Below are positions 51,629-63,540 of a stretch of 64,000 bases of DNA, in pieces. The stretch comes from Rhodosorus marinus CCMP1338 (taxonomy: Eukaryota; Plantae; Rhodophyta). Position 1 is the stretch's first letter; every line of letters starts with the position of its first letter. Position numbers and translations under genes: made by a program. The notes beneath the pieces are model-generated. The model was not told where the DNA came from, did not search any database, and worked only from the letters and a program-made list of their open reading frames with translations. The stretch covers positions 930,001 through 994,000 of the forward strand of contig JAMWBK010000007.1 of the NCBI GenBank assembly GCA_029953675.1. The letters run 5' to 3'.

Positions 51629-54600
51629 TCACATCACGACGCAACAGCCTTCTTTGGGCCGGAGTCTATATGGGAGAGTGTCCGATCCACCGCTTGCTCC
51701 AATGGAGCTAGCTCCTATACGATTTTCGAGCATCAGTCTAGTGCTGCTGTCCGCTACTGTTGCCAACCACTTGGCTATATCTTCTTTCGACATATACTTT
51801 TTCCCATGTTCTGCCAACTTGATCAGCGTCTCAACCTCTTTCTGGTACTGTGCGCACAATGCAAGGACGCTCCGACCCTCATTGTCGACGTGTGACAGCC
51901 ACTTGGCCGTATCTTCTTTCGGTACATACTTTCCCCCATACTCCAGCAACGCTATCAACGGCTCTCCCTTCTCCTGGTATTCCGCACACATATGAAGGAC
52001 GCTCTCACCGTTGTTGTTGACGTGCGACAACCACTTGGCCATCTCTTCTTTGGGTAAATACTTTCCCCCCGACTCCAGCAACGCTATCAACGCGTCTCCC
52101 TTCTCCTGGTGTCGCGCACAGAGATGAAAGACGCTCCAACCGTCGTGACAACCAATTGGCCATCTCTTCTTTGGACATATACTTTCCCCCATACTCCAGC
52201 AACTTCATCAACGCGTCTCCCTTCTCCTGGTAATGCGCACGAAATGAAGGACGCTCGAACTGTCGCTGCTGACGGGTGACAACCAATTGGCCATCTCTTC
52301 TTGGGGTAAATACGTTCCCCCATACTTCAGCAACGCTATCAACGCGTCTCCCCTCTCCTGGTATCGCGCACATAGATGAAGAACGCTCGAACCGTAGTAG
52401 TCGACGCGTGACAACCACTGGGCCATCTCTTCTTGGGGTAAATACTTTCCCCCATACTCCAGCAACGCTATCAACGCGTCTCCCTTCTCCTGGTATTCCG
52501 CACACATATGAAGGACGCTCCGACCGTCGGGGGCGACGTGTGACAACCAATTGGCCATCTCTTCTTTGGACATATACTTTCCCCCATACTCCAGCAACGC
52601 TATCAACGCTCCCTTCTCCTGGAATTGACACATATGAAGGACGCTCGAACCGTAGTTGTTGACGTGCGACAACCAATTGGCCATCTCTTCTTTGGGTAAA
52701 TACTTTCCCCCCGACTCCAGCAACGCTATCAACGCGTTTCCCTTCTCCTGGTGTCGCGCACAGAAATGAAGAACGCTCCAACCGTCGTTGTTGACGTGTG
52801 ACAACCAATTGGCCATCTCTTCTTTGGACATATACTTTCCCCCATACTCCAGCAACTTCATCAACGCGTCTCCCTTCTCCTGGTAATGCGCACGAAATGA
52901 AGGACGCTCGAACTGTCGCTGCTGACGTGTGACAACCAATTGGCCATCTCTTCTTGGGGTAAATACGTTCCCCCATACTTCAGCAACGCTATCAACGCGT
53001 CTCCGTTCTCCCGGAATCGCGCGCATATATGAAGGACGCTCTCACCGTTGTTGTTGACGTGTGACAACCACTTGGCCATGTCCTCTTCGAGTAAATTCCT
53101 CTTCCCTGACTCCAGCAACGCTATCAACGCGTCTCCCTTCTCCCGGTTTCCCGCACAGCAATGAAGGACGCTCCGACCCCAGTTGTCGACGTGTGACAAC
53201 CAATTGGCCATCGCTTCTTTGGACATATACTTTCCCCCAAACTCCAGCAACGCTATCAACGCCTCTCCCTTCTCCTGGAAATTCGCACACTTATGAAGGA
53301 GGCTCGAATCGCCGTAGCCGTAGTTGACGTGTGACAACCAATTGGCCATCTCTTCTTTGGACATATACTTTCCCCCATACTCCAGCAACTTCATCAACGC
53401 GTCTCCCTTGTCCTGAGTTCTCGCACATAGAAAAAGGACGCTCGAACCGTAGTGGTCGACGCGTGACAACCACTGGGCCATCTCTTCTTGGGGTAAATAC
53501 TTTCCCCCATACTCCAGCAACGCTATCAACGCGTCTCTCTTCTCATAGTCTTCCGCACACATATGAAGGACGCTCCGACCGTTCGGGGCGACGTGTGACA
53601 ACCAATTGGCCATCTCTTCTTTGGACATATGCTTTCCCCCATACTCCAGCAACGCTATCAACGCGTCTCCCTTCTCCTGGTATCGCGCACACATATGAAG
53701 GACGCTCCGACCGTTCGGGGCGACGTGTGACAACCAATTGGCCATCTCTTCTTTGGACATATGCTTTCCCCCATACTCCAGCAACGCTATCAACGCTCCC
53801 TTCTCCTGGAATTGACACATCTGAAGGACGCTCGAACCGTCGCTGTTGACGTGTGACAACCAATTGGCCATCTCTTCTTTGGACATATACTTTCCCCCAT
53901 ACTCCAGCAACGCTATCAACGCGTCTCCCTTCTCCCGGTTTCCCGCACAGCAATGAAGGACGCTCGAACCGTCGTTGGTGACGTGTGAAAACCAATTGGC
54001 CATCTCTTCTTTGGACATATACTTTCCCACATACTCCAGCAACGCTATCAACGCGTCTCCGTTCTCCCGGAATCGCGCGCATATATGAAGGACGCTCTCA
54101 CCGTTGTTGTTGACGTGTGACAACCACTTGGCCATGTCCTCTTCGAGTAAATTCCTCTTCCCTGACTCCAGCAACGCTATCAACGCGTCTCCCTTCTCCC
54201 GGTTTCCCGCACAGCAATGAAGGACGCTCGAACCGTCGTTGGTGACGTGTGAAAACCAATTGGCCATCTCTTCTTTGGACATATACTTTCCCACATACTC
54301 CAGCAACGCTATCAACGCGTCTCCGTTCTCCCGGAATCGCGCGCATATATGAAGGACGCTCTCACCGTTGTTGTTGACGTGTGACAACCACTTGGCCATG
54401 TCCTCTTCGAGTAAATTCATCTTCCCTGACTCCAGCAACGCTATCAACGCGTCTCCCTTCTCCCGGTTTCCCGCACAGCAATGAAGGACGCTCGAACCGT
54501 CGTTGGTGACGTGTGAAAACCAATTGGCCATCTCTTCTTTGGACATATACTTTCCCACATACTCCAGCAACGCTATCAACGCGTCTCCGTTCTCCCGGAA

Positions 54601-57600
54601 TCGCGCGCATATATGAAGGACGCTCTCACCGTTGTTGTTGACGTGTGACAACCACTTGGCCATGTCCTCTTCGAGTAAATTCCTCTTCCCTGACTCCAGC
54701 AACGCTATCAACGCGTCTCCCTTCTCCCGGTTTCTCGCACAGCAATGAAGGACACTCGAAACGTCGTAGTCGACGTGTGACAACCACTTGGCCATCTCTT
54801 CTTTGGACATATACTTTCCCCCATACTCCAGCAACGCTATCAACGCCTCTCCCTTCTCCTGGAATTCCGCACATATATGAAGGACGCTCTCACCGTCGTT
54901 GTTGACGTGCGACAACCACTTGGCCATGTCCTCTTCGAGTAAATTCCTTTTCCCTGACTCCAGCAACGCTATCAACGAGTCTTCCTCCACCCCCCGGCGT
55001 CTCGCACACCAATGAAGGACGCTCCAACCGTCGTAGTCGACGTGTGACAACCACTTGGCCATCTCTTCTTGGGGTAAATACTCTCCCAAATACTCCAGCA
55101 ACGCTATCAACGCGTCTCCCTTCTGGTTTTGCGCACATAGATGAAGAACGCTCGAACCGTCGTAGTCGACGCGTGACAACCACTGGGCCATCTCTTCTTG
55201 GGGTAAATACTTTCCCCCATACTGCAGCAACGCTATCAACGCGTCTCCCTTCTCCTGGTATCGCGCACATAGATGAAGAACGCTCCAACCGCCTTTGTCG
55301 ACGTGTGACAACCAATTGGCCATCTCTTCTTTGGACATATACTTTCCCCCATACTCCAGCAACGCTATCAACGCGTCTCCCTTCTCCTGGTATCGCGCAC
55401 ACATATGAAGGACGCTCAAACCGTCGTTGACGTGTGACAACCACTTGGCCATGTCCTCTTCGAGTAAATTCCTTTTCCCTGACTCCAGCAACGCTATCAA
55501 CGCGTCTCCCTTCTCCTGGCATTCCGCACACATATGAAGAACGCTCCAACCGTCGTTGGTGACGTGTGACAACCAATTGGCCATCTCTTCTTTGGACATA
55601 TACTTTCCCCCATACTCCAGCAACTTCATCAACGCGTCTCCCTTCCAATTTCTCGCAGAGGTATGAAGGACGCTCCAACCGCCGTTGTTGACGTGCGACA
55701 ACCACTTGGCTATGTCCTCTCCGAGTAAATACTTTCCCCCCGACTCCAGCAAATTTGTCAACTCTTCCCTCACCCCAGCGCACTTACGCAGGTACTCCCC
55801 TGCCAACTCCAGGTCCCAATTCGCCCCTTCTATAGACTGCCCTAAAGCAACAAAACGAGATTCGTCTAGATCCTCGCGACCCTTTCCGGATTTCGGCGAC
55901 AATCTACCAGTCTTGCCTGCGTTCGCGGGCTGTTCTGACCCGATCGTGCTGGCTACAGCTCCCTCCTGAGGAGTCTGACCGATACCTCTTCCATTTCTAG
56001 ATTTATTCTCGGATGATTTGTCATCCTCTTCATCGCTCATCACTGTCGACAATCTATCTTCAACTTCCCCCGGCGATTCGGGTGCTTCCCGCCCTGGATC
56101 AAGTCCCCACAGAGTCTCTTCCAGTCGAACCACAATTGTTCCAAACTCTGGCCGTTCCCCTGGTGCTTTGGAAAGACATTCACAAGTCAATGTCTTCACC
56201 TCCTCGGGGCAATCGTCTTTCATGGCCGACGACGGAAAGTCATAAGTGCCGTTTTCCAACTGACGAAATATTGACCTCAACTGCAGTCCCTTGTATGGAA
56301 CCTCGCCAGAGAACAGCTCCCACATGAGAACCCCAAAGCTGAAAACGTCCGTCTTCCTGTTGAAAGTCGGTTGGTCCTCGGGGACGCATTCCGGAGCCAT
56401 GTACTGATAGGTCCCGCCGTTGGCCCCAGCATGCGTAAGCGCCGTGCCTTGAATGACTGCCGTCTCATGCACGATTTTGGCTACCCCAAGATCACCGATT
56501 TTCACCGCTCTTTCGTCTCCAGGCACCAGCACGTTCCCAGGTTTCAAGTCCCTGTGTATGACATGCATTTGATGCATGTAGCTCATTCCCACCGCAATCT
56601 GCCTCGCCACGTCAACCTTGCGCGCCGTTCCCTCGATAAACCTGCCAGGGTTACACAACGTATACAAGCATGGAGAAAACAAAGTCGAGCATGAGTATCC
56701 GAAAGTCCAAGCATGGCCGTCCGTGCCAACCTTCAATCCGCTCGTATACCGCAGTGGTAGACCATGACCTCGTCCGTTTAAGAGACAAGACTGAACACGA
56801 CTGCTTACCTTTGGTGCTTCTTGTCATGTATAGCCCTCGAGAGATCACAACCATCGACAAGCTCCATGACCAAAAAGGGACAACGACTTTCCTCCTGGGG
56901 CGGAAAATAAGCTCCGATTGGAAACACGATGTTCGGATGTCTTAAGCGGTGCATGATCTCAACTTCTACACAAAACGTTCTGTACTCGGCTTCTGCTACA
57001 CTAAATAAGTCGATCTCCTTCACTGCAACAAGAGTCTTCCTGTACGTGCCCTTCACTACCGGACCTTGTGCACCTAGTCGAATTATGTCTCCTAGCGCCA
57101 CATCCTCAAATCGCAAATACCAGAATGGCTTTTTCCCCGGCTTTTCCCGCCCCTGCGAGTGCCGTAATTCGTGTAGAATCGTTCCTAACATCTCTTTTAC
57201 ATCTCCTGTCTCATCCACGATACGTTCCACCGCCTCTCCGAGAGATGTTTGAAGTTTTTGAATTTCGCTCCGTAGTTCGGCAAAGTCCTCACAAAGCGCG
57301 TCCTCCAGTCCGTAGGAAAGATCCAGGGTGATGTCAAGCTGGAGATCTCGTATGCACTGGTCAAGCTGATCCATGCAACACTTGAACATCTTTACAAATT
57401 TGTCCGCAGACACAAGCCTGCTGAGGTACTGCTTTTTGCACCGCCACCCGTCTACCTGAGTGTTCAGAGATTCTAGAGCACGGTTCAACCGTTCCAAACT
57501 GAGCTTGTCAAGGTTTTGATGCTTGGCCAACAGCTCCCGGATGGCTTCCACTCTGCCCCTGGCCCATTCTGCTGTGGCTTTGTTGCATTGCACCTGGTCG

Positions 57601-57671
57601 ATCCTTTCCAGCGTAGTTTCAATGAGGCGCACGGCTATGCCCATGCCCTCACCCGCTGCCAATTCCGCCAT
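51629..57671 (-). pseudogene. MLKL-like 4HB - kinase - 30x ankyrin-like repeats - CaaX (copy 2). As sequenced, it frameshifts in repeat 22 and is truncated at 52861 or pseudogenic
   Basis: Exon 1 is 57671-56809, the 167-bp intron is 56808-56642, and exon 2 is open to 52861. There are -1 shifts at about 52893 and 52235 and an 11-nt deletion at about 52146. The CCVVM tail at 51629 is out of frame with the main ORF. Confidence 0.8.
51810..55750 (-). repeat. 132-bp coding tandem repeat, 30 units, including a near-exact 264-bp triplication
   Basis: Same unit as 34.5-36.5 kb. TCCCGCACAGCAATG at 53941, 54205 and 54469. Confidence 0.95.
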
Positions 57672-58934
57672 ATTGCGTCTCCCAACACAGAAGTTTTCTC
57701 ACCTCAGCCCGACGGGCAAGAGCAACGCGACCGCGAATGATTCGTCACGCAATCAAAAAATTGAGACCACCAGTTCGCTTCAGCGACCTCTTCAACGACC
57801 TCTTCAACAGCCTACTATTCCAACCCCAACTTGCCACAACCCAAACACAGCCTCAGAAACACTCCTCCCCAAACCCGCCCTCTTGAAAACCTAGGCTACA
57901 ATCAACATCCCTCCATCAGCAGAAGATCCTCTTCAAGGTAGTAGACGAAACTGGTCTAGTCGAAACTAGCTCGTCCTCCATCCCCCATCAAAGACCATAC
58001 ATTGTAATTGTAGAAAAAAGGGCTCTTATCTTCTACGGATACAATTCCATCTCGACATGTCACCGAATAAGTATCCGGAGAGATATGATTGGGTCTTCGC
58101 AAGAAATCTTGATGCATGCTGTGTGTTTGTCATTGGTCAGTACTTGCGGGCACCTTTTTGAGACACACACACTGGCTCCGGCTATAAGGGTATAAGCTGC
58201 CGTATACTCAACTGTAGCGACTTTTCTGTATGTCGAAAACGAGCTCCAACAGGTAATCGAACAGTATTTTTACCCCAATACCAGCAATACCGAACACGAA
58301 AACAGTTTCGTGGTCTTGCTGGTCCGCGCATTTCGACTTTGAGAAAACGAAGCACTCTGAGGCCGGGCTAACGGTGGACTCAACCCCAATGATCTCAAGC
58401 GGGGCCAGGGGGTTACCCGAAGACTATAGAGGGGAACACTTATGGAACCGCGTTACCGCGATCTCATGCTACGTTCAAAGCGAAAAAGCGAGAACCAGTA
58501 GATTTTGCAGTTGGTTTACCCGCAGAGCGCCCTAGCCCACCCTGGCCCCAAACACCCCTAGGGCTACCTTGGGTTAGGGACCCACCAAGCGCCCGAACTG
58601 TCCACAGAAATACGGATCACTTTCATCAAAAGGTTAAAACAAATCCAAACCTGTTCATAAACAGCTCAAAAGCTATTCCTAAATGAATTCCAGCAACAAT
58701 GCGTACGGTACCTCACCAACCAATCAAATTGCTGAAACAAATAAGTTATTCCTAAAAGTGGTGCTCCTTTTGAAAACAAATTTAAGCCGTTCACTCGGAG
58801 AGACTCTGCAGCCAACTGAAGATACGTAGAGGCACTGACGCAAGTAGCCAATGAAGAATGTGACAACAGTATGTCAGCCATTTACTCGATTGAGTTTCTT
58901 GCTGTGGCGTATGAACGCTGCGTTGTTATATGGC

Positions 58935-59430
58935 GTCGGAACTGCCCAGATCCATCTCGGACTCTGCACCGCCCCGTTGTATAGCCGATCTCCTCGTCTC
59001 CGACGCTGCTGCCAGACGCTCAACATATGTGGACCTTGCGATTACCTGCCCCGTGGCCAGCGCCCACCTCACCGCAGCCGCCCGCCGCCGGGGGGCCGCG
59101 GCTTCAGCCCTTCGAAGAGTTAAGGAACGACGGTATGCTGAGAGCATGGCCAGTCTGCCTTGCGCTGAGGGTAGCTCTCACCGGTTCCAGCCATTCATTG
59201 TGGAAAGCTTTGGTCACGTCGATAAGTCGGGTTTAGAGTGGTTGCGGAAATGTTTTGCTGAGCATCCTACTGACTATTTGGCGCTTTCGAGGCGTTTAAG
59301 TGTCTCCCTTTGGCGATATTCCAGCCACATGCTTTCCGAGGCGCGCCATCGGCGCCTGGGGTTGCATGCTTCCCTCCCTAGTTATTAGTTCATCTTCACG
59401 CCTTGCGTAGCGCTTCAGGCTATGCTAGTA
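58935..59430 (+). mobile_element. 5'-truncated young copy of the family A CRE-like element (496 bp)
   Basis: Nearly identical to 43311-43806, with the same 3' end ...CAGGCTATGCTAGTA and different flanks. Confidence 0.93.
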
Positions 59431-59949
59431 TAGGCTTGTTATTGGAATCGCGCAATCTTCGCGGTGCTTAGTCTTTTTTCGCCTCGGGGCTTTTTTCTTT
59501 TAGCCTCCGATTAAACCTTTCGTTCGACATCAGCCAGGTATGTGGCAACTCTGAAGTCAGCTCCATCAATATAATCTTAGTGCCTGCTGGAGAGCTGGAG
59601 AGCAATGAGAATCACGACAGGTCAGGGGGAATGTCAGGAGACAATAAGGACACCCACTAAAATAAGCGGTCACATACTTGATCATTACTCACACTTTTGC
59701 CTTAAGAAAATCTTAAGCACTTCAACCCTGCTATTTCGTTAAAAATAAAATGCAGAAAATTTATATTGCTACTAGATGTAGATCTATAAAATGATTGATC
59801 ACGCCCTTTCCTCAAAACTGGCTTTTTAGTAGCGACCGGCCTACCCCTGTAGAAGTTCAGACACCCCTGGACCCACTTTGGGGTCGACTCCTGCCCCTTC
59901 TGTTGCCCCACGTCCAACCTACTCGCGGGTCCTTCGCAAGGGCTCTTCG

Positions 59950-60950
59950 GAGCAACGCACAGCGACAATGGTGCCTATGATGATCCAACTCATGCCTAGT
60001 GCCTCTTCTCGTCAAGCTGTCTCCACTTTATCTCGACTGGATGACGAACGTGCGGCCTCAGACCTCTTGTGGCCGAAGCCGCACGCCCGTCCAGTACCGC
60101 GATTTTCGTGGCACGATAGCTTCTTCCCTCGGGGGGTCTCCCCGATTGATTTCTTATAGGTCCACTTCACAGTACCTCATACCTGCTTTCTTGTTACTGC
60201 ATCGGCCTATGAGTGCCTTCGCTCGCTTGTTCAAACCCCGAGCCCCAGAACTCCGCTCTGGCAAATATGATCCAGACGCGTCCTGATGTTTCTTTATGTG
60301 TCGAGTTCGATCGGTTCGACGTCGCCTGGGTTCCCCTTCGGCGCTGCAGAACCAGGAGACCTCGCAAGCTTCTGAACTCGCCTTACAAACTCATTCTGCG
60401 CGCCTTTCCCGCATCCAAACGAGCCTCTTTGCGCGTTTTCCTCCTCGCGGGGTCCCCCGCACCTCGCTCGAGGCCTTCCTTTCGGCCGAGGCCTCCCTGC
60501 TGGAAGCCCACCCTGCTTTTCACCCCGTGCAGTCTACTCTTCCTCACCCTTCCTCCCCTCTTCCAGCCACTGTGGACCTGGACGCCGACATGGCAGAAAC
60601 CCGCCCGATCTCCCCCAATCCAATGGCGGTGGATACCTTTAGCCAAGACTCCGCTGATGAAAATCCTGCGTCTGCATCTGCATTCTTTAGGTCTTTTAGT
60701 TCTTTCGTTCGCCCCCTGCCGTAAGCGTCGTGCGGCTCCTGAGCCTCCCTCCGAGGCACCTCCTAAGGATCATCGACCCCCCTCCCCAACTGAGGGAAGG
60801 CCCGATGTCTGAACCCTCTTCTCAGGATAGGGTGCCCCCCGCGTCCGTCCGTCCTGTTCTCGTCGGTCCACTGGACCCGGCGCGAGCGTCTTTTCGCCTG
60901 GTTCTCCGACCTCATCGCTTCACTTCCGAGCGGTGCACTGCCCTTATATC
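59950..60950 (+). mobile_element. Degenerate ORF1-like region of a related CRE-like element
   Basis: WMTNVRPQTSCGR...RDFRGTIASSLG and PDVSLCVEFDRF match WVRNVRPQTTRG..RDFRDTFAESLG and PQVVLHFDFDRF at 39.9-40.2 kb. Confidence 0.6.
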
Positions 60951-61251
60951 CTAGAGTCCTTCGTTCGGGCACCATTAACCGCACAGCTCGCGAGCAGATG
61001 GGCACTACACTTATCGATGGGCCGCTCTGAACGCGACTCGCAGTGGTTCACGAATGACCAGACCACGACGGTATGTCGATCCCAAAGCACAGGCGGGAGC
61101 AAGAGCGCTGTTTAAAATCAGTGAGCTCTAGCCCTGGGTGAGCCGGGATGTTTGTGCCACAGAGTGCACAGGGAGCTTCCCAAACGCTGCAGCCGCGTCT
61201 GGTCGATACGAGATGGTTCTTAAGGACAACAACAGCAATACATTCAAAGCC

Positions 61252-61790
61252 TATCTGCCCTGAGGGGGGGAAAGGGAGAAGCTGATGACGTGCGTACGAC
61301 AACAAAACAGCATTCGAACGCCACGGAGTCAGAAACAGCTCCGTGAGGAGGCTGTCAGGACGGCCGGGGGGATGGCGAGAAACACAACTATGCCAGCGAG
61401 AAGCAACACTGTCTAAACTTGATGATCAACGGTACAAGCCGATGAGACAACGCCGAGTCCCGAAAGGTTGGATGAGTCGTCGCTTAGCGTACTGGGACTC
61501 CTTCAGTCGTCGAATTGAACCAGCGGCTGCACCACGACGTTGTGACGACGTGGGAAGATATCGCGCATCCTGGAGACAAGGAATGGGCAAGTCAATAAAC
61601 TCAATCCTGCTAGCAGCCAGGTCAGTGACCACCAAATCCTTCACACGCTGGACAACAGGTATCTCATCATCAGCACCAAGCGCCTGAGCTGCAGGTGAAG
61701 GGACCTCGTAGTCCACCTCGTGATCCGTACCAAGAGCCATGCGACCGTAGATATCGAAATAAAAGCCGGTTTCTACGTGTATAGCCACGC
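61252..61790 (-). mobile_element. RLE family B 3' tail fused to a tRNA head (SINE-like)
   Basis: KDLVVTD...IDLPIPC...RRGAAAGSIRRLKESQY..IQPFG. Inverted near-copy at 62645-63040. Confidence 0.75.
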
Positions 61791-61871
61791 GTACGGGCGG
61801 ATTCGAACCCACGCGAGCAGCTGCTGTCTGCGACCTGAACGCCGCGCCTAAGACCGCTAGGCCGTCTCCCC
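61788..61871 (-). tRNA. tRNA-Leu(CAG)-derived pseudogene or SINE head
   Basis: The minus strand reads GGCCTAGCGGTCTTAGGCGCGGCG-TTCAGGT-CGCAG, then a variable arm, then GTGGGTTCGAATCC. D-arm, CAG anticodon loop and B-box are recognisable. The acceptor stem does not pair and the T-stem is mismatched. Confidence 0.75.
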
Positions 61872-62399
61872 ACTTGGGCTGTGAAAGGCCCTTTCTAAGG
61901 ACTTTGGGGTTGAGTGGGTTGGCCGTTGGGGGCTATCCGAGGATCCAACCTGCGGCTGTGGTCAGTTCGTGGGCAAACGCTTTGACTACGTGGGCCCAGG
62001 CGGTTGAAGTCTGTCCGCTGGGTTAAAGCGAGTTCTTCGTGAAGGGCGCCTATCCGAGGCTCTCTCCTCGCAGCTGAGTACCTTTTTGAGGAGCTGACGA
62101 CAGTCATGCGGCAGTGTACGTTGCTTGGCAGCGGGATCCAACCGCAGTAGAGCTCCTGGGAGTGGTGTTTCACGTCGTTTGGGAGCCCGGCTATCTCAGG
62201 CTCTCCGGCTGCGGCGAATTTTGGACAAGGTCGAGATAGTTTCTGAGAAGAGCGTCCGTGTTGCTAAAATCGACACTACTGTCGACACTGCAGACGACGA
62301 GGCTGTCCCTGAGAAGCCGCCAGCGGAGTCTTCTTCGTCGGGACTCGCATCCAAGCGTCCCAGGTCGATCCTCCTCTTTGCCCGCTACCTAGGCCCGGT

Positions 62400-63240
62400 T
62401 CCAGAGCTTGGGCAGCAGTCTGAGCTCCAAGTTCTTCACGGTGATTCCTGCCTACCCTTGACTAGCCTTAACGGATTTTTCGAGCTGCGTGTGATACTAC
62501 GTTCATATCTGGGTCTCCCACAGCCGCTTGGCCTCTCGAGCGGAATACCCCGTCTCTCCTCTCTGGTTGCATTGTGGAATCCCGCGACTTTGGTGCCCGC
62601 CTGTTGGCGTCCTCTCCCGTGGTCCAAGGCGCCGGTTTGCGTCGTCATATGCGTATAGACTGGTTTTTATTCCGATATCTACGGTTGCAGGCTCTTGGTA
62701 CGGATCACGAGGCGGAGGTCCCTTCGCCTGCAGCTCATTCGCTTGATGCTGTTGATGAGATACCTGTTGTCCAGCGTGTGAAGGATTTGGTGGTCACTGA
62801 CCTGGGGCTAGCAGGATTGAGTTTATTGACTTGCCCATTCCTTGTCTCCAGGATGCGCGATATCTTCCCACGTCGTCAAAACGTCGTGATGCAGCCGCTG
62901 GTTCAATTCGACTACTGAAGGAGTCCCAGTACGCTAAGCGACGACTCATCCAACCTTTCGGGACTCGGCGCTGTCTCATCGGCTTGTACCGTTGAGCATC
63001 AAGTTTAGACATTGTTGCTTCTCGCTGGCATAGTCGCGTTTTCCCTAGGCCGTTTCTGCTCGAGCGATGAGGACCATGTTAACAGGGTTGCTTCTCCAGG
63101 CTTCGTGTTTTTCGAAATGCTGCAGCGGATTTGATAGCCTCTTCAGGGAATTGTCTCTGACGCTCTGACGCTTTAACGTTGCATGGTAGTCGGGCGCCCG
63201 TTATCATCTCGCTTGCGCTCCTCGGCTTGGATAGTCCAAA
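62400..63240 (+). mobile_element. RLE family B 3' fragment
   Basis: LRSYLGLPQP, RRHMRIDWFLFRYLRLQALGTDHE, KDLVVTD and KESQYAKRR. Confidence 0.75.
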
Positions 63241-63339
63241 CGCCGGTGTTATCTTGGTTTAGCTTTCTTCCTCTCAGGGTAGTTGGCTCTGAATAAAGGA
63301 GGATGATGATGTTAACAAAGCGGATATCATCTGCGGGCA

Positions 63340-63540
63340 GAGTTTTCATCTCCGATTTCCGTGAAGAACTGTCAAGAAGTCCGCGGGGGAGGTGGCTGGG
63401 CCGGGCAACACGTTTTCTATTCTCTGGAAACGTGTACGTTTTGTGGTTGATCTTGATAGTTGATATCGTCCGAGTTCAGGATTTGTTTACAATTCGGCTC
63501 CCATCCAGCCATCACGGTGAACCAAAAGAAACCCGTCCAT
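63340..63540 (-). mobile_element. Old dispersed repeat related to 32860-33020
   Basis: Shares GATATCGTC(A/C)G(G/A)GTTCAGGA and flanking similarity with 32860-33020. Confidence 0.4.

Noticed and set aside
61788-61871. Functional tRNA-Leu gene
   Set aside because: The acceptor stem cannot pair, and the T- and anticodon stems have mismatches.
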